A program made the translations under genes and the position numbers. From Auanema rhodensis (Eukaryota > Animalia > Nematoda), in the NCBI GenBank assembly GCA_964057225.1, contig OZ059898.1, positions 15,872,001-15,936,000 on the forward strand: DNA of 64,000 nucleotides. The letters run 5' to 3'. How positions within the stretch are numbered: the first letter of the stretch is position 1; every line of letters starts with the position of its first letter. Under the pieces are notes generated by a model. The model was not told where the DNA came from, did no database searches, and saw only the letters and a program-made list of their open reading frames with translations. Shown here piece after piece: positions 35,236 through 48,540 of this stretch.

Positions 35236-36087
35236 GGCGATGCCAGAGTTGAAAACAATCGACCTCACAACTCGTAATATCGGTGAGGACCTAACAACAC
35301 TTACCCGTACAATGATGAGAGCAAGAAACGAGGACAACAGCACGGACATTTTGAACGAGCTGAGACAGATCAAGGACCTTCTTAAACAACTAGTCACGAA
35401 GCCTCTGACGGTTACAAAGGACACTCAGACCCCACCGTTAAGGACACGACAGAAAAGAACAGCCACGGATCAACCACCACCGCCAAAGGACAAGGCAATC
35501 TGCTACCAGGATCTATTCTAAGCTTTTGGCGGCCGGAGTGTGCGAACGCACTCTTCTTCGCTCTGCCCTTCCTTATTACCTTACAGCCATGTTTAGTTAT
35601 TATTTCTCTTTATTGTTCCTTTATCCAAGCTTAAATCAATATTCGCGTAAGTTGCAATCGGGGGCTAAAACGGTGATGACTCAAGCGCCTTTGGCCATCC
35701 CACGGTTTCTGGGAAGATGTTGCCCAGGATAAGGCTTGAATCATCCTCCTCCAGCTTTAACCTTCCCACTCACAACATCTCGGGTATTCATAATCTGAAC
35801 CCGCCCCCCAAACATCTCTCTGCTTCTTTTTACCTCCTTCCGCTCCATAGTATCTTGCCTCCTAGGGTTAGTATATAAGCCGAGCCAATTTATCGTTTCT
35901 TCATGTGTTAAAGTATCAACCAGTCGTGCTGCCTTCCTCCTATTCCTATCGTTCTTGTATTTTAATTTATCCTTGGCTGAATAAACTTCTTTCTTTCTAC
36001 TCGGTCTAACAAATTCTAAATCTACCACTGAACCAACAATGCCTGTTCTCCGATCTCCAGTACCAAGAGAAGACCCGGAAAACAACA

Positions 36088-36708
36088 TGGTGCATCAAGC
36101 CGAGCCTAGTGAAGCAGCCCGCGCCGAAGCGTGGATTGGAAAATGCTACCAACTATTGGAAAAGATTCGCGAATCGGACAACAAAAGGAAATCGTTCGTC
36201 AACCGAACGGTTAACTATCATTCTAACCGTGCCTCCAATATGATTGAAATTCGTCTCACGGAAATAAGATCTATCCAAGAGGACACCGAAGCAATCCAAA
36301 ACTTGATCGAGGAAATGAGAAACATAACGGACAACCTAACGGCAGAGGATCAAGAACGCCTAACCGCCAACGAGTGTACTCTCAGAAGACACATCAAATC
36401 TCTCACGGACTACAAAATCCATATCGAAGGACAAATCGAGTTTCTTCGCAACTCGAGACAAAATCAGGACCTGAGAGGAACAATTCCTCGTCTACAAACT
36501 CCACAACTTGAAGAGTCAATTGGAGGATTTCCCTCGAACCAGGACACCAACATCAATCAAGGACATCCTATGATAGTCCAAGATAATTACCGCTATCGCC
36601 AGACAGTGAAACCAGTTGACATTCCAAAGTTTGATGGTAACATCAAGAACTGGACCAATTTCTGGACACTTTTCAACCGGCTTATCCATACCGCCAACAT
36701 ACAGGACA
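36088..36708 (+). mobile_element. Second tandem internal region of element A (PBS + 5' gag), truncated
   Basis: Identical to 27302-27922; joins inverted satellite at an ATT microhomology. Confidence 0.92.
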
Positions 36709-38272
36709 TTCTGAATTTCGGAATGAGAATTGACAAGGACCTCTCTTTTCTCCGGAAAATAGGTTTATCTCGACCACATCCAGAAAATTTGTTCACAAAA
36801 AAGTTCAGGCTGTAGTCACGTTGTGTCCGGTGAATGTTCGCTTTTCTTCAAGATGATCAACTAAGATCAAATAAAAATACTAACAAGTTGGGTATAGAGA
36901 TGTGTAGATTCTGAATTTCTGAATGAGAATTGACAAGGACCTCTCTTTTCTCCGGAAAACAGGTTTATCTCGACCACATCCAGAAAATTTGTTCACAAAA
37001 AAGTTCAGGCTGTAGTCACGTTGTGTCCGGTGAATGTTCGCTTTTCTTCAAGATGATCAACTAAGATCAAATAAAAATAATAACAAGTTGGGTTATCAGA
37101 TGTGTAGATTCTGAATTTCTGAATGAGAATTGACAAGGACCTCTCTTTTCTCCGGAAAACAGGTTTATCTCGACCACATCCAGAAAATTTGTTCACAAAA
37201 AAGTTCAGGCTGTAGTCACGTTGTGTCCGGTAAATGTTCGCTTTTCTTTTCGATGATCAACTAAGATCAAATAAAAATACTAACAAGTTGGGTATTGAGA
37301 TGTGTAGATTCTGAATTTCTGAATGAGAATTGACAAGGAACTCTCTTTTTTCCGGAAAAGAGGTTTATCTCGACCACATCCAGAAAATTTGTTCACAAAA
37401 AAGTTCAGGCTGTAGTCACGTTGTGTCCGGTAAATGATCGCTTTTCTTTTCGATGATCAACTAAGATCGAATAAAAATACTAACATGTTGGGTATTCAGA
37501 TGTATAGATTCTGAATTTCTGAATGAGAATTAACAAGGACCTCTCTTTTCTCCGGAAAAGGGGTTTATCTCGACCACATCCAGAAAATTTGTTCACAAAA
37601 AAGTTCAGGCTGTAGTCACGTTGTGTCCGGTGAATGTTCGCTTTTCTTTTCGATGATCAACTAAGATCAAATAAAAATACTAACAAGTTGGGTATAGAGA
37701 TGTGTAGATTCTGAATTTCTGAATGAGAATTGACAAGGACCTCTCTTTTCTCCGGAAAACAGGTTTATCTCGACCACATCCAGAAAATTTGTTCACAAAA
37801 AAGTTCAGGCTGTAGTCACGTTGTGTCCGGTAAATGTTCGCTTTTCTTTTCGATGATCAACTAAGATCAAATAAAAATAATAACAAGTTGGGTTATCAGA
37901 TGTGTAGATTCTGAATTTCTGAATGAGAATTGACAAGGACCTCTTTTTTCTCCGGAAAACAGGTTTATCTCGACCACATCCAGAAAATTTGTTCACAAAA
38001 AAGTTCAGGCTGTAGTCACGTTGTGTCCGGTAAATGTTCGCTTTTCTTTTCGATGATCAACTAAGATCAAATAAAAATACTAACAAGTTGAGTATTGAGA
38101 TGTGTAGATTCAGAATTTCTGAATGAGAGCTGACAAGGACCTCTCTTTTCTCCGGAAAAGAGGTTTATCTCGACCACATCCAGAAAATTTGTTCACAAAA
38201 AAGTTCAGGCTGTAGTCACGTTGTGTCCGGTAAATGTTCGCTTTTCTTTTCGATGATCAACTAAGATCAAAT
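36709..38272 (-). repeat. Inverted 200-bp satellite block (~8 monomers, mixed subfamilies)
   Basis: Reverse complement of the monomer. Confidence 0.97.
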
Positions 38273-41200
38273 TGTTGTTCGCCGTGGTATCCTGGCTCGT
38301 TGGAGAGCGTAACACAGGCATGATGGTTCAGTGGTATACTTTTGGTGTTGAGTAGAAGACCGAGTAGTGGTAAAGATTTATTAAGCTAAAGATAGTGCCG
38401 AGAATAGGTAAAATGATTGACAGATGAATTTGAAGATTCCTCTCGGTTTATATAGTAACCCGAGAGGCCAGATATAATGATTATCTTAGAGATTTTAGAG
38501 AAGAAAAGAGGGAGGAGTTTCAAGCTTTATCTCATGCCTCATCTGCTGAGATAATGCGTTGGAGGGATGAATCGCGCATGAGTCATGAGGAAAAAGCCCT
38601 TTCGATAAACTTACACGTTTATCGATTCAAAAAGAAAGAATGACAAAAGATAATAACGAATTCTTATTAAGAATAACGAGTGCTTAAGCACACTCCGGCC
38701 GACGAGTTAGAATATGTCCTGATATTTGATAGTCTTGTCCATACTGGGTGTTGTGCATGGTTTTTTAGTTTGCGGTTTGTCGGTGTCCGTTGGTGGTGAT
38801 CTGTTTGTGTCCGTCATCCTTGCTCTTGTTTTTCTAGGTGGCGTTTGGGTGTCCTTCGAATTGGTCGGTTGATTGGTTTTTGGGACCATTTGCTTCAACA
38901 GATCCTTGATTTGTCGGAGTTCATCCAACATTTCCTTGCCTTTGTCCTCATTGGTTGACTTCATCATAATACGAGTTAAGGTAGTTAGATCTTCGCCGAT
39001 GTTACGGGTTGTTATATCTATCTTCTTCAATTCGGGCATAGCTTCCACGACGATTATGTTGCTCTTGGTGGTGGGAGCTGGATCCTTTTCCTTTTGGACC
39101 TTTGTGAGTCCGTAGGGCATGTTCTTGAGCTCGATTGAGCTTAGATGGTCCTTTTGAATGTTGCGGATGAGGTCCGTGAGCCGCTTCTCGTTGCCGAATA
39201 CTCTAAGCCTTTCTTTTTCCATATTAAAGCATAAGGTGTCTTTGCTGTAGATAAAAAGTCCTTGAGTTTGATGTAGGCTATGAGAGCATTGGCTGCTACA
39301 TCGTTGGTCTTGCCAGATGGGGGGTCCTTGTTCTCTTCTAAGCTAAAGAGGAGCTTGAGAGTGGAATCCATGGTCCTGGTAAGTTCCTTGAGGCATTCGG
39401 TTTTCTTTTCCAGGGGAAGCCGTATGTATTTTTGGCATCTATGATTTGAGCGATCGATGACACCTTGAATATCAGAACCACGAGTAGTAGGAATGGACAT
39501 TGCAGCGATTATAAGTACTAAAAGAATGTGAGTCTTTCTTTTGTGTAGCAGAAAGAGCTGGCGGGCGAAGAAGCTGATGATAGCGATGGGCAACCAGAGA
39601 ATGAATATGATGAGGCGGATTGTAAGATGGGCGGAGCTGACGGTGAACTTTCCAGCGTAGGCCGAGATGACGTGATAAGACACAGCGAGGGCTAATATTA
39701 CTACAAGAAGGCAAATGGCGATTTCTTTGTACCAGCCTAGGTAGATGTCGTAGAAGTGAGTAATATCGGGCCATTGGAAGGTAATAGCTGTTTCGTGAAG
39801 TGAAGAATGATTTCCTTCTATCTAGTGTTTCTGTAGGTCCTGAATATTGCTAACGTAGTATAGTATTCCTGTTAGAGAGAAATATTGTATATTGTGTCCG
39901 CATGAATATGAACATTTTATCAGTGGTGACGCTGTAGTGATAGGTAATCGAATGCTGTTTGATGTTCCTTTTGGACTGCATTGTAGCATAAGGGCTGTGT
40001 CGCCGCAATTCGTGGCAGCTAAAGTCTTTATGGGTGATGTACATATAATGTTGGCTTGTGCTCCGTTTTGGCAGTTGTAGCATCCTCTAACCATTGAGTC
40101 CTGGATTACACATGAGGAATCGTCGTGAGATGATGATACATTGAAGATTCCGTCTACTTTTACATGAATTTCCGTCATCATGTTGCGGTAAATGTTGATT
40201 TCCAGGTTCCGTTGTGACTGTTCAATTGAATAAGCAGGTGTGAAAATAGGTAAAGTTGTTTGAACACTGTTGAAAACTGATTGAATGTTCTGGTTTTCAC
40301 AATAGCAGTTGATTGAGTCTTCTGCTGGAGTGCATTCGCACTGAGGGTCCGAGTTACAGTCCAATTTCTTTGCTTTTTCATGGGATGAGCATGTCAGTGT
40401 GGGTTTCATGTTCCATATGGCCAGTCTTGTCAAATTTCTAATGAATTGTCCTTGCATTGTTGGGATAACAGGAGGTGTTAGACTGATTGAAGAGAATTTG
40501 AAAGGATGTACGTCTGTTTGAATGTCCGCGTGAAGCGTAATGTTCTGTGAAGTTGTTATAGTTCCGTTTTGATAGGTGATGCGTAGTTGTGTGGAAGGTG
40601 TCCATTCATTACATGAGAAAACCTCGTAGATAGATTTATCTATGGGTTTCATGTATGTGCGATAAAAAAGGCATCCTGAAGATGGATAGAAGCAGCCACA
40701 GCCAAATCCTCCGCAGGATTCTGTGCAGTGTGTAGATCCAGGATATTGGTTGGCTAGTTCTAGTTCGTGAACCATGGTGTCCGATTGAATGGTGCTGCAT
40801 TTGTTTTCTTGGCAAGATCCAGTTCTTGCGCATCTTTTGCTATTCTTTACATGAGTACTGGTTGCTCGGGTGAAGAAGAGTGAACGGATTTCACAGAAGT
40901 ATGTTGTTTTGATCCATTGTATGCGCAGAAAGGAGAACTTGTTCTGATTGTTAGTGAACGTTAGGCATGCTTCTTGTGTGTACGGGCTGATAGTGAGAGA
41001 TTGTCCAGTCTGTATCTTGCATGTTTCTTTGTTGCATGAGGATTCTTGGGAAGTGCTCATACTAAGTTCTTGGCAAGCCATTGATTGGTGAATTAACAGA
41101 AGCGTTATTAATGGGATAACTGTTTTCTTGTTAAATCTATTTGTCCGGATGTATAGTTGTCCAAATAACGATGTGCATATTACGTATATGAAGTTGGTCC

Positions 41201-44200
41201 AAAGTCTGATGGCTTTTCCAATGACCCACGGTGAATGCAATAGTCCGTAGCAAATGGCTGTGATTATGTAGGTTATGAAGCTGAATAGTAACATAGAGGT
41301 CCAGGGCCAGCAAGATGGGTTAAATAATGTGGCTGAGCAGAACGTGCATGACACTGTAGAGCAAAAATGAACTGCTGGACAGTTTATTGTCATGTATTGT
41401 AGTCTGGAGTTGTGATTAAAGGTCCAAGTTACTTCGTAGTCTGATATGATGTCCTCAAGAGGAAGAGTTATCAATCCTCCTTCACTACTGTTGTAACAAG
41501 TATTGTGTGAGCATACTTGTTGATTATCCGTGTTCATTCCTTGTATCAAGACTCTCTTTGGATTGCAGGAGATAGTTGGATTGGCCATTGTTGTAGATAG
41601 GAATATAGTGAATATTGTTAGAAGAGTGAGTATTGATGCAGTTTCTCCGTACCATTTTCTTTCAAGATTGCGAGGATTTTGTTGTCGTTGAGTGACTGCG
41701 GGGCTTATAGTTTCCAATTTCTGAAGAGTTTGTGGAATATTGTCCGTGGATAGTTCCATTGGGTGTAGTAAGTTGACTGGTCTTTTCAATTCTCTTCCAT
41801 TCTCTGATAGAAGTGTTACTTCCCTTATATTACCCGCTGAGTCGGGGTGAATATTCGTAATTCGTCCTGTTGGCCATTTGTGTCTAGGAATTGGGCTATC
41901 GTTGATCAAAACGATTTGTCCAATTTCTGGTTTTGTGTTGGTGCCTGCTTTCTTCACGGATATTGTGTGGTTATGAGACTCTCGGAGTTCTTTGAGGTAG
42001 AGTTCAGACCATAGTTCCCAAAATTTGTTTGTCCGTTTACGGGAAGAGTGTAGGGCTAGTTCCGTATCTGCTTGTGTTTGAAGAGCTGGATTGTCGATGT
42101 ATTCTGAATCTTCATCTTCAGATTCAATGTAGATGTTCAGATCTATGTCGTTATGGATGAAGTCGCATGGTCGAATGATTTCGTCTCTCGTCGTGTCTGA
42201 TCCAATATAGGTTAGTGGTCGTGTGTTGATTGTCGCTTCACATTCTGCCAATGTGATTGACAATTCTTCTGTTGATGGTGTGCCGTGAAGTGTTTTGTAT
42301 AAGGCATTTTTTACTGATCTTATGAGTCGTTCATAAAATCCTCCTTGCCATGGGGCGTATGGAGTTATGTTGTACCATTTGATTCGATGCTGATTCTCGG
42401 AAGTGTTAGTAGTGGCTGTTACGATGAGCTTGTTGGCGATTTTCTGTCCTAGCTCGAAGGTAGATGCATTGTCACATGTGATGCTTTCTAGGCATCCTCG
42501 TCTGGCCCAAATTTTTCTCAAGCAACTCAAGAAAGATTTAGTAGTTAAATCTTCAATCACTTCCAAGTGAATGAGTCTTGTGACGGTACAGGTGTAGATG
42601 CAGCCCCAAGCTTTCTGGTTTCGGTCCTGTGTTGTTATGGGTCCGAAGTAGTCTAGTCCAACGTGTTGAAATGGGCGACTTTTCCTTATACGTCTGCTTG
42701 GTACATCTCCTGAAGGTGGGTAGATGTATGGCCGATTGTTCATCTTTTGACAATCAGGGCATTTCCTTATTACGGATTGAGTTTGTGAGCGAAGTTGCGG
42801 TATCCAGTATTTTTGGCGAATATCAGCCATTGTGTGTGCTGTACTCTTGTGGAGTTGTCCGTGAACATGTTCGATTAATAATCTTGCCGTTTTTGTTTTA
42901 GGTAAGATTATAATCGGTAGTTTTGCACTCTCTTCGAGTTCAGCATTGTTCATACGTCCTCTACTATACCATAAATGGTTTCTAAGTAAAGGTCGCAAAT
43001 CGTTCCTTTGGGCTGCTGATAGCCTGACCATTAAATTGTTTTGATGAAGGTGAAGAAGATTGGTTTCTGCTTCTTCATACAAGGAAGGCGTATGAGTTGT
43101 TGTGAGTTTGTAGTGTACGGATATCCATTTTTGTTGAGCTTCAATCCAGGATGAGCAGTCTGATATCCAAGGTTCTTCATCGCTTGTTTCTGTAGTGGCT
43201 GCGTGTATCCGTATTTCTTTGTCACAGAGTGAAAACAGAGGTCCGTTTAAAGCTTTTTCTAGCTGTGCTTTTGGGTTCCACCAAAAGTGATCCTCAAGTT
43301 CTTTAGTTGTGCAGCCTCTTGTGGCTAGGTCCGCTGGGTTGTCTTTGGTGTGGATGTATCCAAATGAAGTTTTTATGTCCAGATCTTCGAGCTCTTCAAT
43401 GTGATTAGAAAATTCCTTGATTCGGTTCTGTACTAAAACTCCTGTCGTTTTTTGGTCTGGTTTTTTGCGAATCCAAGCAAGTGTTATTTCTGAGTCGGAG
43501 AGGAATGTAGCTGTTAGAATCTTGATGTTGTCCTGTATTTCCTTCACGATTTTTAGCGTGTTAAAAACTCCAATCGTTAGTGCAGAGATTTCAGCCTTTG
43601 GAATTGTTATTGTTGAGTTTTTGGAATGCAATTTAGATTTTGCGAATATTAAGGCTAATTGTCGTGTTGATGCTGCGATTAAGTAGCAGCAGAATCCTAA
43701 TGCATTGCCGCTAGAATCGGTACATGTTACCAGATGGTATTGTCCATTGGTATCCGATGGTAGGGGACGGGGGATCCTTATGTTGATGTGAAAATTTTCG
43801 CATAATTGTTTCCATCTGGTTTGGATTTCCATTGGTAGTGTAGTGTCCCAATCGAAACTTTCTCTCCATAGATTTTGAAAGAAGATTCGTAGTGGGTGTA
43901 AACTTGGGCAGATCATACCCATTGGATCGAAGATTGATGCGATAGCTTGTGTGACTCCTCTCTTTGTTAGCTTGGTTTCCGGGATTTGAGCTAGAATTAT
44001 CCATTGGTATTTTAGGTGTTGTGGAGGCATTCCGTTCTTCAGGAGTCAGATTTGAACTGAATATATGATCGTTGGATATGAACTCTTGAAGTTTCATATT
44101 CATTTACTGGAATATATCCTTTGTTTCGGAATACCACATTCTGACTTGGTCTGCTGAGTCAGAGGCGAGGAGTAAGTTGTCCACATAAAGATTGTCTTTG

Positions 44201-47200
44201 ATTTTATGTGCTAGAAGACTTTCTGAGCTTTTCTTCTGTAGGTGGTGTTGTATGGTGGCTCCGAGAAGGAATGGTGATGCATTGATGCCAAATGGTACTC
44301 GGCAGAATCGTAGAGTTCTGGTGTTGTCCGTGCTTAGTGGTTGATGAATATCTCTGAGCCAAAAGAAACGAGTAGCATCTCTTTCTGACTCATGGAGTCG
44401 AATTTGTAAGAAGGCTTTTTGTACGTCCGCTATCATAGCTGTGTTTCCACATCTGAATCTTAGAATCATTCCAATTAGTGATGGTAAGATTAGTGGTCCT
44501 TGGTGTATGACGTCGTTCAAGCTAGGTTTGTTTTGATAATGTCCAGAAGCATCGTAGACAATCCTGATTTTAGTAGTGTCTTTTCTGGGGAGTTACTACT
44601 GCTTGGTGAGCTATGTAATGGATCCTGTATGCATTGGGATAAGGGTCCGCGGCTTCTTCGATTATTCCTTGGTCCAACTGTTCTTCAATTATTTTGTTGT
44701 ATCCTTCGAGTAATGTTGGTTGTTGGGATAGTTTTAGTACAAGACTGGTAAGTCTTTTAAGTGCTAAAACTTTGTTGTCGGGGAGTAGATGGGCGTTGTC
44801 TTTCCATGGGAATGATACGTAGTAACCATCTTCTTTCTGTTGGATTGTTTCCTTGAATTGATCCAGAATTAGTTTGCCTCTGGCGGTTTTTTCTTCAGCT
44901 TCTGTTCCGGTGAATTCGCTTTGTTCTTCTACAAAGCTTTTGTTCCATATTGGTATTTGAATGGATGATTCTTCCGATATCACTGAGTGAGCATTTAGTG
45001 AGTTCTGGTTTGTGGATTGGCCAGTGATGAAGTCTCCAAACTGGGTGTGTACTACCATGTGTTCCTTGGAAATTGGTTCGACTGAGATTAAAGCTCTCCA
45101 CATGAGGTCGGATCCTATAAGGATTCTTGGAGTTACTTTGAAGCTTTTGTTCAGTTCATAATTGATATTGGTCCGTTTGGGAAACCGAATTGTTGAGATA
45201 GGTCCCGTTAAGATCTTTTTGGTCCATAGTTTCGCAGTTAAATTACTGTCCTTTCCTATGATGGTGGTCTCCACTTTATCCAGTTTTTCGATCGAAGATG
45301 TGTTTCCAAATGTTTTGATTTTAATTCGTTTGGATTCGATGATTGGGAGATTAAGTTCTTTGGATAGGTCCTCTTCGATGAATGATGTATCTGATCCACA
45401 GTCCAATATAGCAGGAAGTGAGATAGTTTTGTCCATATGTCGGATTTTGATTTGTCCGATAGGTAGCAGTGCGCTGTGGAATTGGTTGGCCTTTGACTGA
45501 GTGGAAAACTGTATGATGTGTTCTTCCTCTTCATCGTCTTCCATGGGGGAGTGGTTTGTGAGGTTGACTTTCATTGTCTTCTTTTTGTAGCAGAGAATTT
45601 CCAAATGTTTTTCTCCACATTTTGAGCATGTTCGCTTGCTTTGGCAAGCGTCTGCTGAGTGGGATTTCCTCAGACAGTTAGTGCATCTTTTGTCCTGTGT
45701 CAGGATAGCCAGCCTTTCTTTTCTAGTTTTGGGAGTGTCACAATTCCATGGGGCGTGTGGTTTTTGGCAGAAGATGCAGCTGTTTGTGGTTTGTGGTTTA
45801 CCGGAAGGCTTTCTTTGTTCCGGTTTTGGCCTGATGTGGTTGGCAAAGTTTTGTCCGTGTGTTAGTTTTGGTATGGGTCTCATTTGGAGGTTCAAAGAAG
45901 TGCTTCTTGTCTCATCTTTTGTTTGGAGATATTCTTCGGCTTTGTCGGCCAATTCTATCCAGGTCAGATTCTTGTCCGGTGATGAGCGGTAAATTTCTTC
46001 TAGCATGGGTCCTGGTATTTTCTGATGTAAAATGACGACTGCCAGTGCCTGTAGAGCGGCTATTTGGTCTTCTTCCGTTTGTCTTGCAATACCGCAGACT
46101 TTTCTGATAACGCTCAACAAGTCGTTGTGGTTAGTGGATAGAGGTTTGAGTTCCATGTAGTCCAGCATGAGGTAACGAAGTATTTTGTCTTCTTTGTCAT
46201 ACACTTTCTTCAGGTATTTTATCGCCGAATGGTACGACCTTTCTTTCGTTGGAAAGGAGGAGATTAATTCAGCAGCTTCACTTGTGAGTGATTGGCGTAG
46301 GTAGTTGAACTTTTCTATGTCCGGAATATTTGTATTATGAATCATTCGGTTGAAAAGGGTCCAGAAATTTGTCCAGTTTTTGATATTTCCGTCAAATTTG
46401 GGAATATCAATTGGCTTAACTGTCTGGCGATGACGAAAGTTCTCTTGAGGCAACACTGGATATTCTTGATAGGAGATAGTGTCCTGATTTGGAGAGGACC
46501 TTGGAACCTGCTCTTGGAGCTGTGGAATACTAGGTATTACTCCTCTCGTTTCCTGCTCTTGTCTCGAATTTAGAAGAGACTCGATTTGACTTTGTAAATG
46601 AATTTTAAAGTCCGTGAGAGTTTTTATGTGTCCTCTGAGCGTTCTTTCGTTAGTGGCTAAGCGTTCTTTATCCTCAGCCGTTAAGTTGTCCGTAATGTTA
46701 TTCATTTCCTCGATCAGATTCTGGATTGCCTGGGTGTCCTCATTGATGGAGCTGATTTCCGTTTGCCGAGTTTCAATCATGGCTGGAGCCCGGTGAGAAT
46801 GATAGTTGATCGTTCTGTGGACGCATGATCTTCTTTTGGAGTCCGATTCGCGGATTTTGTCCAGTAGTTCGTAGCATTTTCCAATCCACGCTTCGGCGCG
46901 GGCTGCTTCACTAGGCTCGGCCTGATGCACCATGTTTTGCGCCGTTGTGTCCTTAGAAATGGGTGAGCGGAGCAGCGGCATAGTTGGTTCAGTGGTAGAT
47001 TGTTTTAGTAGTGCTCTTGATTGAAGAGAGTATGGAGAGAATATTTATTATGCAACGGTAACAAGAATAAACTCTTTTACACTATTGACACATAAGAATT
47101 TGAGGAATCCGCTCGGCTTATATACCAACGCGAGAGGCAAGATATAATGTTAACTTAAAGAATTCAGAGATACAAAAAGGGGGAGGAGAAGCAAGCGTTA

Positions 47201-47384
47201 TCTCATGCTTATTCTGCGGAGATATGCGTGGGGGATGAGTAGCCTATGAGTCATGAGTAAAAAGAGCCTCAGGTTCAACTTACACGAATATTGATCAGTT
47301 AAAAGAGATTTATAAAGAATTATGAAGTATTAGAAAAAGATAGAGTTTTTTAGGTTTTTTAGGAATATAGAGTGCTCAAGCACA
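38273..47384 (-). mobile_element. BEL/Pao env-class element B, defective and chimeric (5' LTR type B 46933-47384; 3' LTR type C 38273-38692)
   Basis: Same polyprotein domains, broken by frameshifts (~44580, ~44010 deletion, ~39228) and stops (44104, 39822). The two LTRs are clearly different and there is no TSD. Confidence 0.93.
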
Positions 47385-48195
47385 GTTCCAGTGATAGAGC
47401 TGCAATGTAGGAAGAGCAGAGAGGGCAACAAACGAAGCCCGCTATTGCGGTTTCCACAACCCTAGCCGTATCCTCGACGGTCAACACGGGTCCTAAACGT
47501 ACCACGTGTTTGCCTTCGGCACTGAAAATGTTATAGACTCACAGGAAACATTATTAAACATACTGATATCTCGCTTGGGCCTTTATATTCCCCAACCTCA
47601 GCTTAATTACCGACCTCCCCCTGTTACAGGTTGTCGTTGTTACTCCATTGAAGTAATTGGTCCGCTATAATAAATATGTCACAAATACTTCATGAAACAC
47701 CTACCACTATCCTTCCCTTTTCCCCTATACCTAAAACATTTCTTAACCTGGTAGCCATACTCTTCCTCACGGTATAATCCGATCCTAACGGATCGTACCA
47801 GAAGGTCGAGCAGCATGGCACTAATCTGGGAAAAAACCCGATTAGTACCATGAAATAATGTAGGCAACCGAAGACATAGTCCTAAAATCAAATAATATCT
47901 CAGACCAAAACCAAAAACTTACAATGGATCCCGAATCTAACATAGCCGCTTTGCTGACACAGTGAAGAGCATTCACTTTTTGTATCCCTTCTGGCCATAG
48001 CCATTGTTCCCACTGGTGGCTCTGAAAAACATATATGTTTCATATTTTTTCGTTACTTACCTTGGTGTGCGGTCCTTCTAGCCATTTATTAGCCATGTTC
48101 TATATCCTGTTCCTCGACACCGTCTCATCAGCCAAAGAATGAATCAGAGATTTCATCTGATCTTGTAAGAGCTCATCACTCTCTGCATTAGACAT
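47385..48195 (-). pseudogene. Truncated multi-exon gene of unknown function, cut by the LTR at 47384
   Basis: TTTTCAG-ATG at 48195, GTAAGT donors and TTTCAG/TTTTAG acceptors, in-frame TAG in exon 1. Confidence 0.45.
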
Positions 48196-48540
48196 CTGAA
48201 AATATATACTAAACAAAATCCGGAAAAATCAATTAATAATATAAGAATTAAATAAAATAAAAAAATAACCTTAGTTAAATAAAAATGACTACTCACACGC
48301 AGACATTTGCATACAATGCAGATTACATAATTAAAAAAGAAGCGCCAAATCAAACGTTGATTTAAATTTGAATTTAATTTAAACATGGTAGTAATTTTCA
48401 CCTGGGTCAAAGTTACTACTGAATCTAACTAATAAATATGGCAGTAATTTACTACCCCTCATATGTTCATAAGTTTACTCTGCAGTTAAAATTTCCCCGG
48501 AGCAAATTTCTACAGTTTATTACTTTGCAGTTAAAGGTAT

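Larger units (their letters stand above)
26766..36087 (+). mobile_element. BEL/Pao env-class LTR retroelement A (LTRs 26766-27301 and 35539-36087)
   Basis: TGT...ACA LTRs nearly identical (one substitution seen, plus a 13-bp deletion in the 5' copy). PBS TGGTGCATC at 27302; GGCCGGAG precedes the 3' LTR. Confidence 0.95.

Noticed and set aside
46978-46999. A complete element-encoded tRNA-Gly gene in the LTR
   Set aside because: Only the 5' ~22 nt match, in antisense to the element; no anticodon or T arm follows.
47760-47970. Ulp1/C48 protease similarity in the minus orphan gene (STFWY)
   Set aside because: Only one short word resembles the family; no catalytic His/Asp/Cys motifs were identified.
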